Below, in pieces: positions 1 to 8,647 of a stretch of DNA of 64,000 nt. Position 1 is the stretch's first letter; every line of letters starts with the position of its first letter. The notes below the pieces were generated by a model. It did not search any database, was not told the origin of the DNA, and worked only from the letters and a program-made list of their open reading frames with translations. Source of the DNA: Myxococcota bacterium (GTDB lineage: Bacteria; Myxococcota_A; UBA796; UBA2385); contig JBIJDH010000004.1 of assembly GCA_044344255.1 (NCBI GenBank), positions 160,001 through 224,000 on the forward strand. The letters are read 5' to 3'. A program made the position numbers and the translations under genes.

Positions 1-129
1 CGAGCGCGTGGGCCGCTGGGGCCTCTGAGCCCGCGGTCGCCGGTCGACGGTCGCCGCGCAGGGACACCCGGCGTGCGCGGGCGGCGGTGGCCCGGTCGGA
101 ATAGGCAGTGGGTCCACTCGGAGGTTCCC

Positions 130-660
130 ATGACCGATCTCCCCGACCGTCTCCGACAGGTCGTCCGCGACGTCCCTGACTTCCCGAAGCCCGGCATCCT
201 GTTCAAGGACATCACGCCGATCCTCGCCGATCCGCGGCTGCTGCGCGGCACCGTCGATTATTTCGCCGAGCTCTACGCCGGCCAGCACATCGACGTCGTG
301 GTCGGCATGGAGTCCCGCGGCTTCATCTTCGGTGCGCCGCTGGCCCTGGCCCTCTCGGCGGCCTTCGCGCCGGCGCGGAAGCCGGGCAAGCTGCCGTACC
401 AGTCGATCGGCGTGGACTACGCGCTCGAGTACGGCACCGCCCGCCTCGAGATGCACATCGACGCCATCCGGCCCGGCCAGCGGGTGTTGGTCATCGACGA
501 CCTCCTCGCCACCGGTGGTACGGCGGCAGCGACGAACGAGCTCGTCCGGCGCCTCGGCGGTGACCTCGTCGCGGACCTCTTCGTGATCGAGCTCGCATTC
601 CTCTCCGGTCGGGAGCTCCTCAACCCGGCGCCTGTGCATTCGCTGCTTCGTTTCGACTGA
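130..660 (+). CDS. apt: adenine phosphoribosyltransferase
   Basis: DFPKPGILFKDITP, ESRGF, RKPGKLP, YALEYG and PRPP-binding VLVIDDLLATGGT motifs; ATG at 130 preceded by GGAGG. Confidence 0.96.
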   Translation: MTDLPDRLRQVVRDVPDFPKPGILFKDITPILADPRLLRGTVDYFAELYAGQHIDVVVGMESRGFIFGAPLALALSAAFAPARKPGKLPYQSIGVDYALEYGTARLEMHIDAIRPGQRVLVIDDLLATGGTAAATNELVRRLGGDLVADLFVIELAFLSGRELLNPAPVHSLLRFD

Positions 661-838
661 GCTCTGGCCTCGGAGACCGCGGCTGGCGGCCCTCCTGGAG
701 GTCGGCCTGCAAAAAGCAGGTCAAGCAGGACACCGCGGTGGATCACATTGATGAGGACCGGCCATAAAGTGGTCGGTCTGCCCCCGAGGTGGCCCGGTCC
801 TCCGATCGCGCCCACTTTGTCGTCCTCCCCGAGGCGAG

Positions 839-3598
839 ATGCCCCCGGCCCCTGTCTTGCGGCTCAAGAGCTGCACCGTCGACCTTCAGCGCCGGGTGGT
901 GGAGCGCGGGGTCGAGCTGGTGGCCTTGACGCCAAAAGAGGCGGAGCTACTTAGCTATCTGCTTCGAAGCGCGCCGAACGCGGTGTCGAGAGAGGAGCTG
1001 CTGACCGCGGTGTGGGAGTACGGGGCCAACGTCTCCACCCGCACGCTCGACACCACGATCTACACGCTGCGATCGAAGATCGAGGCCAAGCCGTCCGAGC
1101 CTGACCACGTGCTCACGGTGCGTGGGCTCGGCTACCAGTTCCAGGTTGCCGACCTCGCGCCCACCGCCAGCCTCACCGCGCTGCAGGTCGATGCCAGCAC
1201 CTTTATCGGCCGCTCCGCCGAGCTCGACCTCCTGCTCGACCTCGTCCACGGCGGGGCGCGCATCGTGACGATCGTGGGGATGGCCGGGACGGGCAAGACC
1301 CGGCTCGCGCGCCGGTTCGCCGCGCTCCAGGCCGCGATGTTCCCGGGCGGCTCGTGGTTCTGTGACCTCAGCGAAGCCCGCAGCCAGGCGGACGTCTGCG
1401 CGGCCCTGGCCCGGACCCTGGTCCTCACCCTCGATCACAACGATGGCGTCGCCCAGCTCGGCCGCGCCCTCTCTGCCCGGGGTCGGGCGCTCGTGATCCT
1501 CGACAATTTCGAGCAGATCGTCCGCTTCGCCGGCGCGACGGTGCAGCGCTGGGCCGAGGCCTCCCCCGAGATCCTCTTCCTCGTCACGAGCCGTGAGCAC
1601 CTCCGCCTGCCCGGCGAGCGCCTGCTGCCGCTCGGCCCGCTCGGCCTCCCGCCCGAGAGCGTGGTCGGCGCCGACGAGGCGCAGCGAGAGCGCCTGGGCT
1701 CGGTGGAGGCGGTGGCGCTCTTCGTCGATCGGGCCCGCTCGGGGCGGCCGAGCTTCGAGCTCACGAGCGAGAACGTCGTCGCGGTCTGCGACATCGTCCG
1801 CACCCTCGATGGTCTGCCGCTCGCGATCGAGCTCGCCGCCGCGCGCTGCCGCGTGCTCTCCCCCGAGGCGATCAAGACCCGCCTCGTCCGCCGCTTTGAC
1901 CTGCTGACGGGCGGCCCCCGCGACGCCTCCGTGCGCCAGGCCACGCTGCGGGGGGCCATCGACTGGTCCTGGCAGATGCTGGAGCCCTGGGAGCAGCTCG
2001 CCCTCGCCCAGAGCGCGGTCTTCCGCGGCGGCTTCTCGCTGGAGGCCGCAGAGTCCGTACTGGAGACGGGTGCCTGGCCGGAGTCGGCCTTCGTGCTCGA
2101 TCTTCTGCAGACCCTCCACGACAAGAGCCTGCTGCGCAGCAAGGAGCTGTCGGGGGGCGACCTCCGCTTCTTCCACTCGGAGTCCATCCGTGACTTCGTG
2201 TCGGAGAAGCTCGTGGCGCCCGGGGCGCTGATCAGCCCGGACGGGGTGGTCCTCACGGGACCGGCGGCCCTCGCGAGCGTCGAGCGGCGGCACTTCGCCT
2301 GGTTCGCCGGCCTCGGCGCGCGAGCCCAGATCGACGCGCTGCACGCCGAGGGCGGGGTGGAGCGGCTCCGCGTCCTGGTCCGCGAGGTGCACAACCTCGA
2401 GGCGGCCCACAGCCGCGCGGTCGGCATGGGGGAGGCCACGCTCGCCGCCGCCCTCTGCCTGGCGCTCCACGAGGTCTACCGGCTCCGGGGGCCCCTGGGC
2501 CACAGCCTCCATCGGGTCGGGCAGGTCCTCGCCCTCGGCGGGCTCTCCGCGGAGACGCGGGCCCGCCTCCTGCTCGCGCTGGCCGCCACGCGACGGGCGA
2601 CCGGGCAGCCCGAGCTGGCGAAGCGGGCCCTCGGGCAGGCCATCGAGCTCTCTCGTGCGGCGGGCGATCGCTCCCTCGAGGCTCGCGCCGTCGGGACCCT
2701 CGGGGCGATCGATCACCAGTCTGGCCGGGCAGAGCAGGGCGTCCGCGAGGTCGTGGAGGGCCTCGGCCTCGCCCGGCGCTTCGGTCCGCCGTGGATCGAG
2801 GCCCAGCTCCTCTCGATGTTAGGTGAGATCCATCGCTCGGGCGGTCACCTCGACGAGGCCCGCGGCCACTTCGAGGCGGCGCTTCGGATCTCCCGCGACA
2901 ACGGCGACCGTCCGCAGGAGGGCGATCTCCTCGGTGAGCTCGCCCACCTCTACCAGACGCAGGGCCGCTTCTCGCTGGCGCGGCGGGCTTGCGACGAGGC
3001 GCTCACCATCCACCGAGAGGTGGGCAACCGCACCCGCGAGGGCATTGTCATCGGCACGCTCGGGCTCCTGCTCGTGGACGAGGGCAACTACGCCTCCGCC
3101 CGGGCGCACCTCGATCAGGCCCTGGCGATGCACCGGGAGACGGGCGTGCGGCTGATGGAGGCGCGGGAGCTCCGGTACCTCGGTCGGCTCGAGCTCGACG
3201 TCGGGGACGTCGAGACGGCGGGGCTCCACATCGCCAGCGCCGAGCAGCTGGGCCTCGACCTCAACGACCACCGCCACATCGTCTACTGCCGGGCCCTGCG
3301 CGGGGAGCTCCTGCTCCGCCAGGGCGACCTCCAGGGCGCGCGCCGACTGCTCGGAGACGCCGTGGCGGAGCTCGATCAGATCGGCGATCGTTTCCAGGTC
3401 TCGCGGGCCATCGGCCCGCTCGGTGAGGTCCAGGCCCGCCTCGGGGAGCGAGGTGCGGCGGCGGGCACCCTCCAGCGCGCGCTCCACCTCGCCGCGGAGC
3501 TGGGCGTCGGCACGGGCTCGGCGCTGGTTCATGCCATCGATCGCCTCCGTCGGCGACTCGATCCCACCGAGGCCCCCGAGCCCGCCCGCCGGGCTTGA
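839..3598 (+). CDS. winged-helix DNA-binding / STAND (NB-ARC-like) ATPase / TPR regulator
   Basis: N-terminal OmpR-type wHTH (LTPKEAELL..SREELLTAVW..LRSKIE..TVRGLGY), Walker A GMAGTGKT, Walker B LVILDNFE, GLPLAIELAA, C-terminal TPR-like repeats. Confidence 0.88.
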   Translation: MPPAPVLRLKSCTVDLQRRVVERGVELVALTPKEAELLSYLLRSAPNAVSREELLTAVWEYGANVSTRTLDTTIYTLRSKIEAKPSEPDHVLTVRGLGYQFQVADLAPTASLTALQVDASTFIGRSAELDLLLDLVHGGARIVTIVGMAGTGKTRLARRFAALQAAMFPGGSWFCDLSEARSQADVCAALARTLVLTLDHNDGVAQLGRALSARGRALVILDNFEQIVRFAGATVQRWAEASPEILFLVTSREHLRLPGERLLPLGPLGLPPESVVGADEAQRERLGSVEAVALFVDRARSGRPSFELTSENVVAVCDIVRTLDGLPLAIELAAARCRVLSPEAIKTRLVRRFDLLTGGPRDASVRQATLRGAIDWSWQMLEPWEQLALAQSAVFRGGFSLEAAESVLETGAWPESAFVLDLLQTLHDKSLLRSKELSGGDLRFFHSESIRDFVSEKLVAPGALISPDGVVLTGPAALASVERRHFAWFAGLGARAQIDALHAEGGVERLRVLVREVHNLEAAHSRAVGMGEATLAAALCLALHEVYRLRGPLGHSLHRVGQVLALGGLSAETRARLLLALAATRRATGQPELAKRALGQAIELSRAAGDRSLEARAVGTLGAIDHQSGRAEQGVREVVEGLGLARRFGPPWIEAQLLSMLGEIHRSGGHLDEARGHFEAALRISRDNGDRPQEGDLLGELAHLYQTQGRFSLARRACDEALTIHREVGNRTREGIVIGTLGLLLVDEGNYASARAHLDQALAMHRETGVRLMEARELRYLGRLELDVGDVETAGLHIASAEQLGLDLNDHRHIVYCRALRGELLLRQGDLQGARRLLGDAVAELDQIGDRFQVSRAIGPLGEVQARLGERGAAAGTLQRALHLAAELGVGTGSALVHAIDRLRRRLDPTEAPEPARRA

Positions 3599-3604
3599 GC
3601 GCGC

Positions 3605-4213
3605 TCAGGCGGGGGGCGTGGCCTGGAGGATGCGGGCCCAGGCGAGGTCGAGGGCCCGGGCGAGCGCGGCCTCGTCGCCGCTGTTCTCGACGACCGCCGT
3701 CGCCAGCGCCGCCTTGTCGGCGGCCGGGAGCTGGGCGGCGATCCAGCGGCGGGCCGCCTCGGCGTCGAGGTGGTTGCGCCGCATGAGCCGGTCCTGCTGC
3801 ACCTCGACGGGGGCGATGACGACCAGCAGCGCGTCGTAGAGGCGCCAGCTGCCGGTCTCCACCATCAGCGCCGCCTCGACCACCGCCACCTGCGCCCCGG
3901 CCTCTGCCTGCTCGGTGAGCCAGCGGTGGATCGCCGCGCGGATGAGGGGGTGGGTGATCTGCTCGAGGGCCGCGCGCTCGGCGGGGTCGGCGAGCACGAT
4001 GACCCGCAGCCGCTCGCGATCGAGCACCCCGTCGGCCTGGAGCACCGACGGGCCGAAGCGGCGGGCCACCTGGGCCAGCCCCTCGCTGCCGGGGGCCACG
4101 ACCGCCCGCGCGACCTGATCGGCGTCGAGCACGGGTAGGCCGCGCGCCCGGAGCAGGGCGGCGACCGTGGACTTGCCGCTGGCGATGCCTCCAGTGAGGC
4201 CGACGGTCTTCAT
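3605..4213 (-). CDS. coaE: dephospho-CoA kinase
   Basis: VGLTGGIASGKSTV, DADQVAR, LEQITHPLI motifs. Confidence 0.95.
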   Translation of the reverse strand: MKTVGLTGGIASGKSTVAALLRARGLPVLDADQVARAVVAPGSEGLAQVARRFGPSVLQADGVLDRERLRVIVLADPAERAALEQITHPLIRAAIHRWLTEQAEAGAQVAVVEAALMVETGSWRLYDALLVVIAPVEVQQDRLMRRNHLDAEAARRWIAAQLPAADKAALATAVVENSGDEAALARALDLAWARILQATPPA

Positions 4214-4236
4214 GCGGTCTTCATACGGCCTTCATA
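4204..4236. repeat. 11-bp tandem repeat x3 covering the coaE start
   Basis: cggtcttcatg / cggtcttcata / cggccttcata. Confidence 0.7.
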
Positions 4237-4242
4237 TGGGTT

Positions 4243-4785
4243 TTATGGGGTGGCGCTCGGGGGCGGGGGTGCCGCTGCGGGTGCCGCCGCAGGTGCCGCT
4301 GCGGGTGACCCCGCGGTGATCGCGGTGACGGCGGCCTCGAGGTGCCGCTTTGGTCGGGGTCGGACCTCCGCTCGGGCGGCGGCCTGGAGGGCGGGAAGGG
4401 CCGAGGCGGTCTCGAGCCCGCCGAGGATGTCGGCGCAGTGAGCGGTGATGTTGTCCCGCTGGCCCACCACGAGCGCGCAGGCGGGCGCGAGGAGCTGGTC
4501 GAAGTCTTGGAGGGCGGAGAGGGCGTCGTCGGCCGTCTCGCTGCCCGGTCGGCGGTCGGCCCGACGCAGCGCCCGCTTCACCTGTCGGCGGAGGGTGCGG
4601 GCGGCGAAGAGGCGGACGGGGGCGTCCTCATCGGAGAGGTCACGCACCAGCTCGGGGATCGACTTCGGGCCGGTCGCCCCCACGGCCGGCTGCGCGTTCG
4701 TCGCTCGAGCGGGCGCCGACCAGAGCGCGCTCGCGAGCAGCAGGAGCGAGGCGGAGGCGCCGAGGAGGGGGCCGCGGGGGGACAT
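4243..4785 (-). CDS. secreted HEAT-repeat-like hypothetical protein
   Basis: ATG at 4785 abuts the stop of the upstream gene; signal peptide (LLLLASALWSAPARA); HEAT-like LSDEDAPVRLFAARTL and ADILGGL..ALPAL. Confidence 0.65.
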   Translation of the reverse strand: MSPRGPLLGASASLLLLASALWSAPARATNAQPAVGATGPKSIPELVRDLSDEDAPVRLFAARTLRRQVKRALRRADRRPGSETADDALSALQDFDQLLAPACALVVGQRDNITAHCADILGGLETASALPALQAAARAEVRPRPKRHLEAAVTAITAGSPAAAPAAAPAAAPPPPSATP

Positions 4786-6566
4786 CACTCTTCGAACTTC
4801 TCGATGTACCGGAAGATGGTGCGCGGGTCGACGCCCAGGTCGCGGGCGGTCTGCGCCTTGTTCCAATTGTTGAGCTCGAGGGCCTCGCGGATGTAGGTCT
4901 TCTTGAAGTCCTCGGCCGCCGCCTCGAGCGGGAGGATGACGCGCTTGTCGCTGGCCTTGATGCCGAGGTCTTCGCCGTTGAGCAGGGCCCGATCGCTCAT
5001 GATCACGGCCTTCTTCACGCGGTTCTCGAGCTGGCGGACGTTGCCCGGCCAGAAGTAGCCGAGCAGGGCGACCACACACTCGTTCGTGAAGCCGCGGGCC
5101 TTGGCTCCGTATTGCTCGGCGTACTTGTTGAGGAAGAAGCGGGCGAGCTCGTGGATGTCCTCTCCGCGGCTGCGGAGCGGGGGCAGGTTGATGCTCACCT
5201 CGTTGAGGCGGTAGAAGAGGTCTTCGCGGAAGCGCCCGGCTCGGATCTCCTCCTCGAGGTCCTTGTTGGTCGCGGAGACCACGCGGAGGTCGACCGGGCG
5301 CGGCTTGAGGTCGCCCACCCGCTCGATCACCCGCTCCTGCAGCACCCGCAGCAGCTTGACCTGCAGGTTCATCGGCATCTCGCCGATCTCGTCGAGGAAG
5401 AGGGTGCCGCTGTCGGCGGCCTCGAACTTGCCCACCTTGTCGGTCACGGCGCCGGTGAAGGCCCCCCGCTTATGGCCGAAGAGCTCGCTCTCCAGCAGGT
5501 TCTCGGGGATCGCACCGCAGTTGATGGAGACGAAGGGCTTCTTGGCCCGGGGGCTGAGCCGATGGAGCTCCGCGGCGACGAGCTCCTTGCCTGTGCCCGT
5601 CTCGCCCAGCACGAGGACGGTGAGATCGGTGGGCGAGACCTTCCGGATCATCCGGAAGACCTCCTTCATCGGCGCGCAGGAGCCGATGATGGCGCCCTGA
5701 CCCGTCTTTCGGAGCTGCTCTCGGAGGTTGCGGTTGCTGACCTTGAGCTCGTCGAGCATCAGCGCGGCGTGCAGCACCATCGAGGCCTGGCTGGCCCAGA
5801 CCTGGAGCAGGGCGAGGTCGTCCTCGGTGAAGAGCCCGGTGACGGCGTCATTGCCGAGGTACAGGACCCCGAGCAGCTCGCCCCGGAACAAGAGGGGGAC
5901 GCACATCACGCTCGACAGCCGGAGGTCGACCACGCTCTGGGCGCGCGCGAACTTTCGATCGGCCATCGCGTCGCTGATGATGAGCGGCTGCTTGTGCTGG
6001 ATCACCTGGTCGACGATCGTGTCGCTGATCCGGGAGAGGTCGAGGGTCTCGGAGCCGACGTTGTGGGAGGCGGCGAGGTGGCGCTCACCGTCCTTGAAGT
6101 AGATGACGAAGCCCTTCTCCGCGCGGGTGAGCTCGACGACCGCCTCCAGGAGGAGCTTGAAGACCCGCTCGGGCTTCTCCTCTCGCATGAGCGAGCTCGA
6201 GAACTCGACGAGGCGCGCGAGGGGCTCGACCGCGCCGCGCTCGGAGCGCCCCCCGCCCGCAGGGGTGACCTCGGGCTCGCCGTCTTGGAGGATCAGCTCG
6301 AAGCGGCCGACCAGCACACGATCGCCCGCGTTCAACACCGCCTGCCGTGCGAGGCGGCCGTTGACGTAGAGCTCGGCGCCGGGCCCGATGGCGTTGATGG
6401 TGTACTGGCCGCCCTTCCGGACGAGGTTCGCGTGGGTGGGGGCGACCGCCGTGTCGTCCAACACCACGTCATTCCCCGGCTGCCGCCCGACGCTGACCAC
6501 GGGCTTTCGCAGAGGCAGGTCTCGTGAGGTCTTCCGGACCGGGTCGTTACAGCGGAGGAACGGCAT
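4785..6566 (-). CDS. sigma54-dependent enhancer-binding protein, FHA-GAF-AAA+-Fis HTH
   Basis: FHA-like VGRQPGNDVVL, GAF (SVMCVPL..GVLYL), GETGTGKE, GAFTGA, LFLDEIGEM, FREDLFYRL, WPGNVRQLEN and C-terminal HTH. Start taken at MPFLRC. Confidence 0.93.
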   Translation of the reverse strand: MPFLRCNDPVRKTSRDLPLRKPVVSVGRQPGNDVVLDDTAVAPTHANLVRKGGQYTINAIGPGAELYVNGRLARQAVLNAGDRVLVGRFELILQDGEPEVTPAGGGRSERGAVEPLARLVEFSSSLMREEKPERVFKLLLEAVVELTRAEKGFVIYFKDGERHLAASHNVGSETLDLSRISDTIVDQVIQHKQPLIISDAMADRKFARAQSVVDLRLSSVMCVPLLFRGELLGVLYLGNDAVTGLFTEDDLALLQVWASQASMVLHAALMLDELKVSNRNLREQLRKTGQGAIIGSCAPMKEVFRMIRKVSPTDLTVLVLGETGTGKELVAAELHRLSPRAKKPFVSINCGAIPENLLESELFGHKRGAFTGAVTDKVGKFEAADSGTLFLDEIGEMPMNLQVKLLRVLQERVIERVGDLKPRPVDLRVVSATNKDLEEEIRAGRFREDLFYRLNEVSINLPPLRSRGEDIHELARFFLNKYAEQYGAKARGFTNECVVALLGYFWPGNVRQLENRVKKAVIMSDRALLNGEDLGIKASDKRVILPLEAAAEDFKKTYIREALELNNWNKAQTARDLGVDPRTIFRYIEKFEE

Positions 6567-6606
6567 CGAGCTCCCGGGGGCGCCCTCAGGCGCTGACCTG
6601 CCCGGC

Positions 6607-7431
6607 TTATCTCGTCGAGCCGCCGTCTGGCGCGGCCCTGCGAGCCGCCTCAGCCGCCCCCTGTCGGCGCCAGTGGCCATGGGCGTCGGCCACCCCGGCC
6701 GTCCAGGTCGCGTAGAAGCCGATCGTAGAGCCGAGGCTGAGGCCCTTGAGGGTGCGGAGCCGGCGCTCGGCGTCTGCGTCACCGGTGAGGTAGCGCCGAT
6801 CACTGGCCAGCATGACGAAGGACACCGTGTTCAGCCCGACCATCGTGAGCTGTCCGCCCAGCCAGAGGGCGCCCATGCCGGTCCGCCCGTGGCGAAGCTG
6901 GTAGATGCCGAGGGGCGCCCAGGCGCCGATCGGCGCGCGAGGGAGGACCGTCGGGGGCGGCGGTGACGCTTGAGCCGAGGCGGCCTGCGCCTCGTACAGC
7001 CGGACGTAGTCGAAGAAGCTCGTGATGTCGGGCGGATGACGGAAGGGGTCGATGATGTAGAGGGGATCGATCTGGAGGACCTGCTCGAAGAATCGGCGAG
7101 CCCCCTCCTCGTCGCCCTCGGTGTACAGCAGCTCTCCGAGGTAGATCCGGGCCTCCAGCAAGAGGGTGGGGTCCCCGGGGGGGGGAGCCAGCACGAGATC
7201 GACCAACAAGCGACGGGCTTCCTCACGTTGTCCGACCTGGTAGGCCCTCACGGCCTCGTCGAGGCGCTGCTTGATGTCGGGGACCGGGACGGCGTCGCCG
7301 AAGGTGACCCCAGGCGCATCGGGTGCGCTCTGTTCCTCAGCAACCTGTGCTTCGGCGACCCCGGTGCCCAGGAGCATCAACAGGGGCAAGGTGGGGGTGA
7401 GGAGCACCCATCGCGGCAGCGGAACGCGCAT
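6607..7431 (-). CDS. TPR-containing exported/membrane hypothetical protein
   Basis: Signal-like N-terminus, TPR (ARIYLGELLY..ARRFFEQVLQIDP), two C-terminal hydrophobic segments. Confidence 0.7.
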   Translation of the reverse strand: MRVPLPRWVLLTPTLPLLMLLGTGVAEAQVAEEQSAPDAPGVTFGDAVPVPDIKQRLDEAVRAYQVGQREEARRLLVDLVLAPPPGDPTLLLEARIYLGELLYTEGDEEGARRFFEQVLQIDPLYIIDPFRHPPDITSFFDYVRLYEAQAASAQASPPPPTVLPRAPIGAWAPLGIYQLRHGRTGMGALWLGGQLTMVGLNTVSFVMLASDRRYLTGDADAERRLRTLKGLSLGSTIGFYATWTAGVADAHGHWRRQGAAEAARRAAPDGGSTR

Positions 7432-8014
7432 CAGGGGCGAAGTTAGCCGGACGGTTGGAGGCGGTCAACCGGCCGGCCACGCCCGCTCGGTCCGCGGCGA
7501 CCGGAGCGCCTGCCTTCGCCGCTCCGCTTTCGCCACCGCCCGTGACGTTCGATGACATGAAAACACAATCTTCTGGTCGCGGGGGCGACACAGACAAGAT
7601 ACAACTGAGGACGGCTGAAGAACAGGTGGCACCTGATTCCGTGGCCCCCCGCCCACATCTTCAGCGGTGGTGGTTCTCCAAAGAGCAGGTCCTGTGGGCC
7701 TCTTGGCGGGGTCCATCCTTCAGAAGTATGGCGGATGTCACCCCCTTTCAGGGGTGTGGTGTTCGTCGAACGTGGCGGGTCCCCCGGGCGCCCGGTGTGA
7801 CCGTGTAGGATCCAGACGGTGTCCAGATGACGGCTTGAGAGGCGGCGCGGCGTGCCCATTTGGGCGAACCGAGCCGGACGTTCCCCGCTGACATTTGGAC
7901 CTCGGATGTTGTCAGTGTCCAGTTCGGGCGCTCATTCACGCTGGCGCCTTGTTCACGTGTCTGGTGTCTCCGTCGTCCGTGCCTTCCATTCACCCCCCCA
8001 GTCAGGAGTCGATC

Positions 8015-8530
8015 ATGAGGAAGCTTGAGGAACGTTCGTGGTGGGCTGAGCTCGTTCAGCTCAAAGATGTGCTCTCTCTCCGCGAGCTCGCCGAGCGCTA
8101 CGGCGTGGCGCCTGCCGCGATCTCCAACGCGCTCAAGCGAAACAACTTGAGCCGAACGGCGGCTCCTCCGGGGCCCCGCGCCAAGCGTGACGAGGACCTC
8201 CTCGCGCGGGCCCAGGAGGCGATCACCCGCCTCGGAACCGCCACCCCCGCGCGCCGCGGCCGTCCGCCCCGGGCCGCTGCCGTGTCCGCGGAGGCCGCCC
8301 CCGCCGTGTCCGCCGCCGTGTCCGCGCCTGTGTCTGCCCCCGTGGCCGCTCCTCGCGCCGTGGTGATCGATGACGGCACCTTCGCCCACAAGGCTTGGCG
8401 GGTCAGCATCGACTCGGTGGACTACATCATCGTCGCCGATGACGTCGTCGGCGCCGCCCGCGTGGCCACCACGGCCAACAAGGGCTCGGTCACGCGCATC
8501 GAGCTCATCGGTCGCGCCATCTCGGCCTGA
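8015..8530 (+). CDS. HTH protein with AT-hook-like motif
   Basis: AGGAG 5 nt before ATG 8015; SLRELAERYGVAPAAISNALKR HTH; RRGRPPR; Ala/Pro/Ser linker; small C-terminal beta domain. Confidence 0.75.
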   Translation: MRKLEERSWWAELVQLKDVLSLRELAERYGVAPAAISNALKRNNLSRTAAPPGPRAKRDEDLLARAQEAITRLGTATPARRGRPPRAAAVSAEAAPAVSAAVSAPVSAPVAAPRAVVIDDGTFAHKAWRVSIDSVDYIIVADDVVGAARVATTANKGSVTRIELIGRAISA

Positions 8531-8647
8531 GCCGCTGTACGCTCAGTCGACGCGGCGGGCCCTGTCCGCTTCGTCGGCCGACGCTCCCCCGCCCCGTGGA
8601 CCTCGTGTCCCGGGGCGTCTCTCGTCTCTGGGGCCGTCGCGCTAGCC

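Noticed and set aside
839..3598. Avs/NLR-like antiphage system
   Set aside because: The N-terminus is a DNA-binding wHTH rather than a nuclease/TIR/SIR2 effector, and the context is housekeeping with no defence-island features.
7627..7641. sigma54 promoter at TGGCAC
   Set aside because: No TTGC/GC at the -12 position (reads TGGCACCTGATTCCG).
7455..7891. Short ORFs in the 7.4-8.0 kb spacer; tmRNA, RNase P, SRP or tRNA identity
   Set aside because: The ORFs lack host codon bias and motifs. I found no GAGGAAAGTCC, T-arm/CCA end or SRP loop signature.
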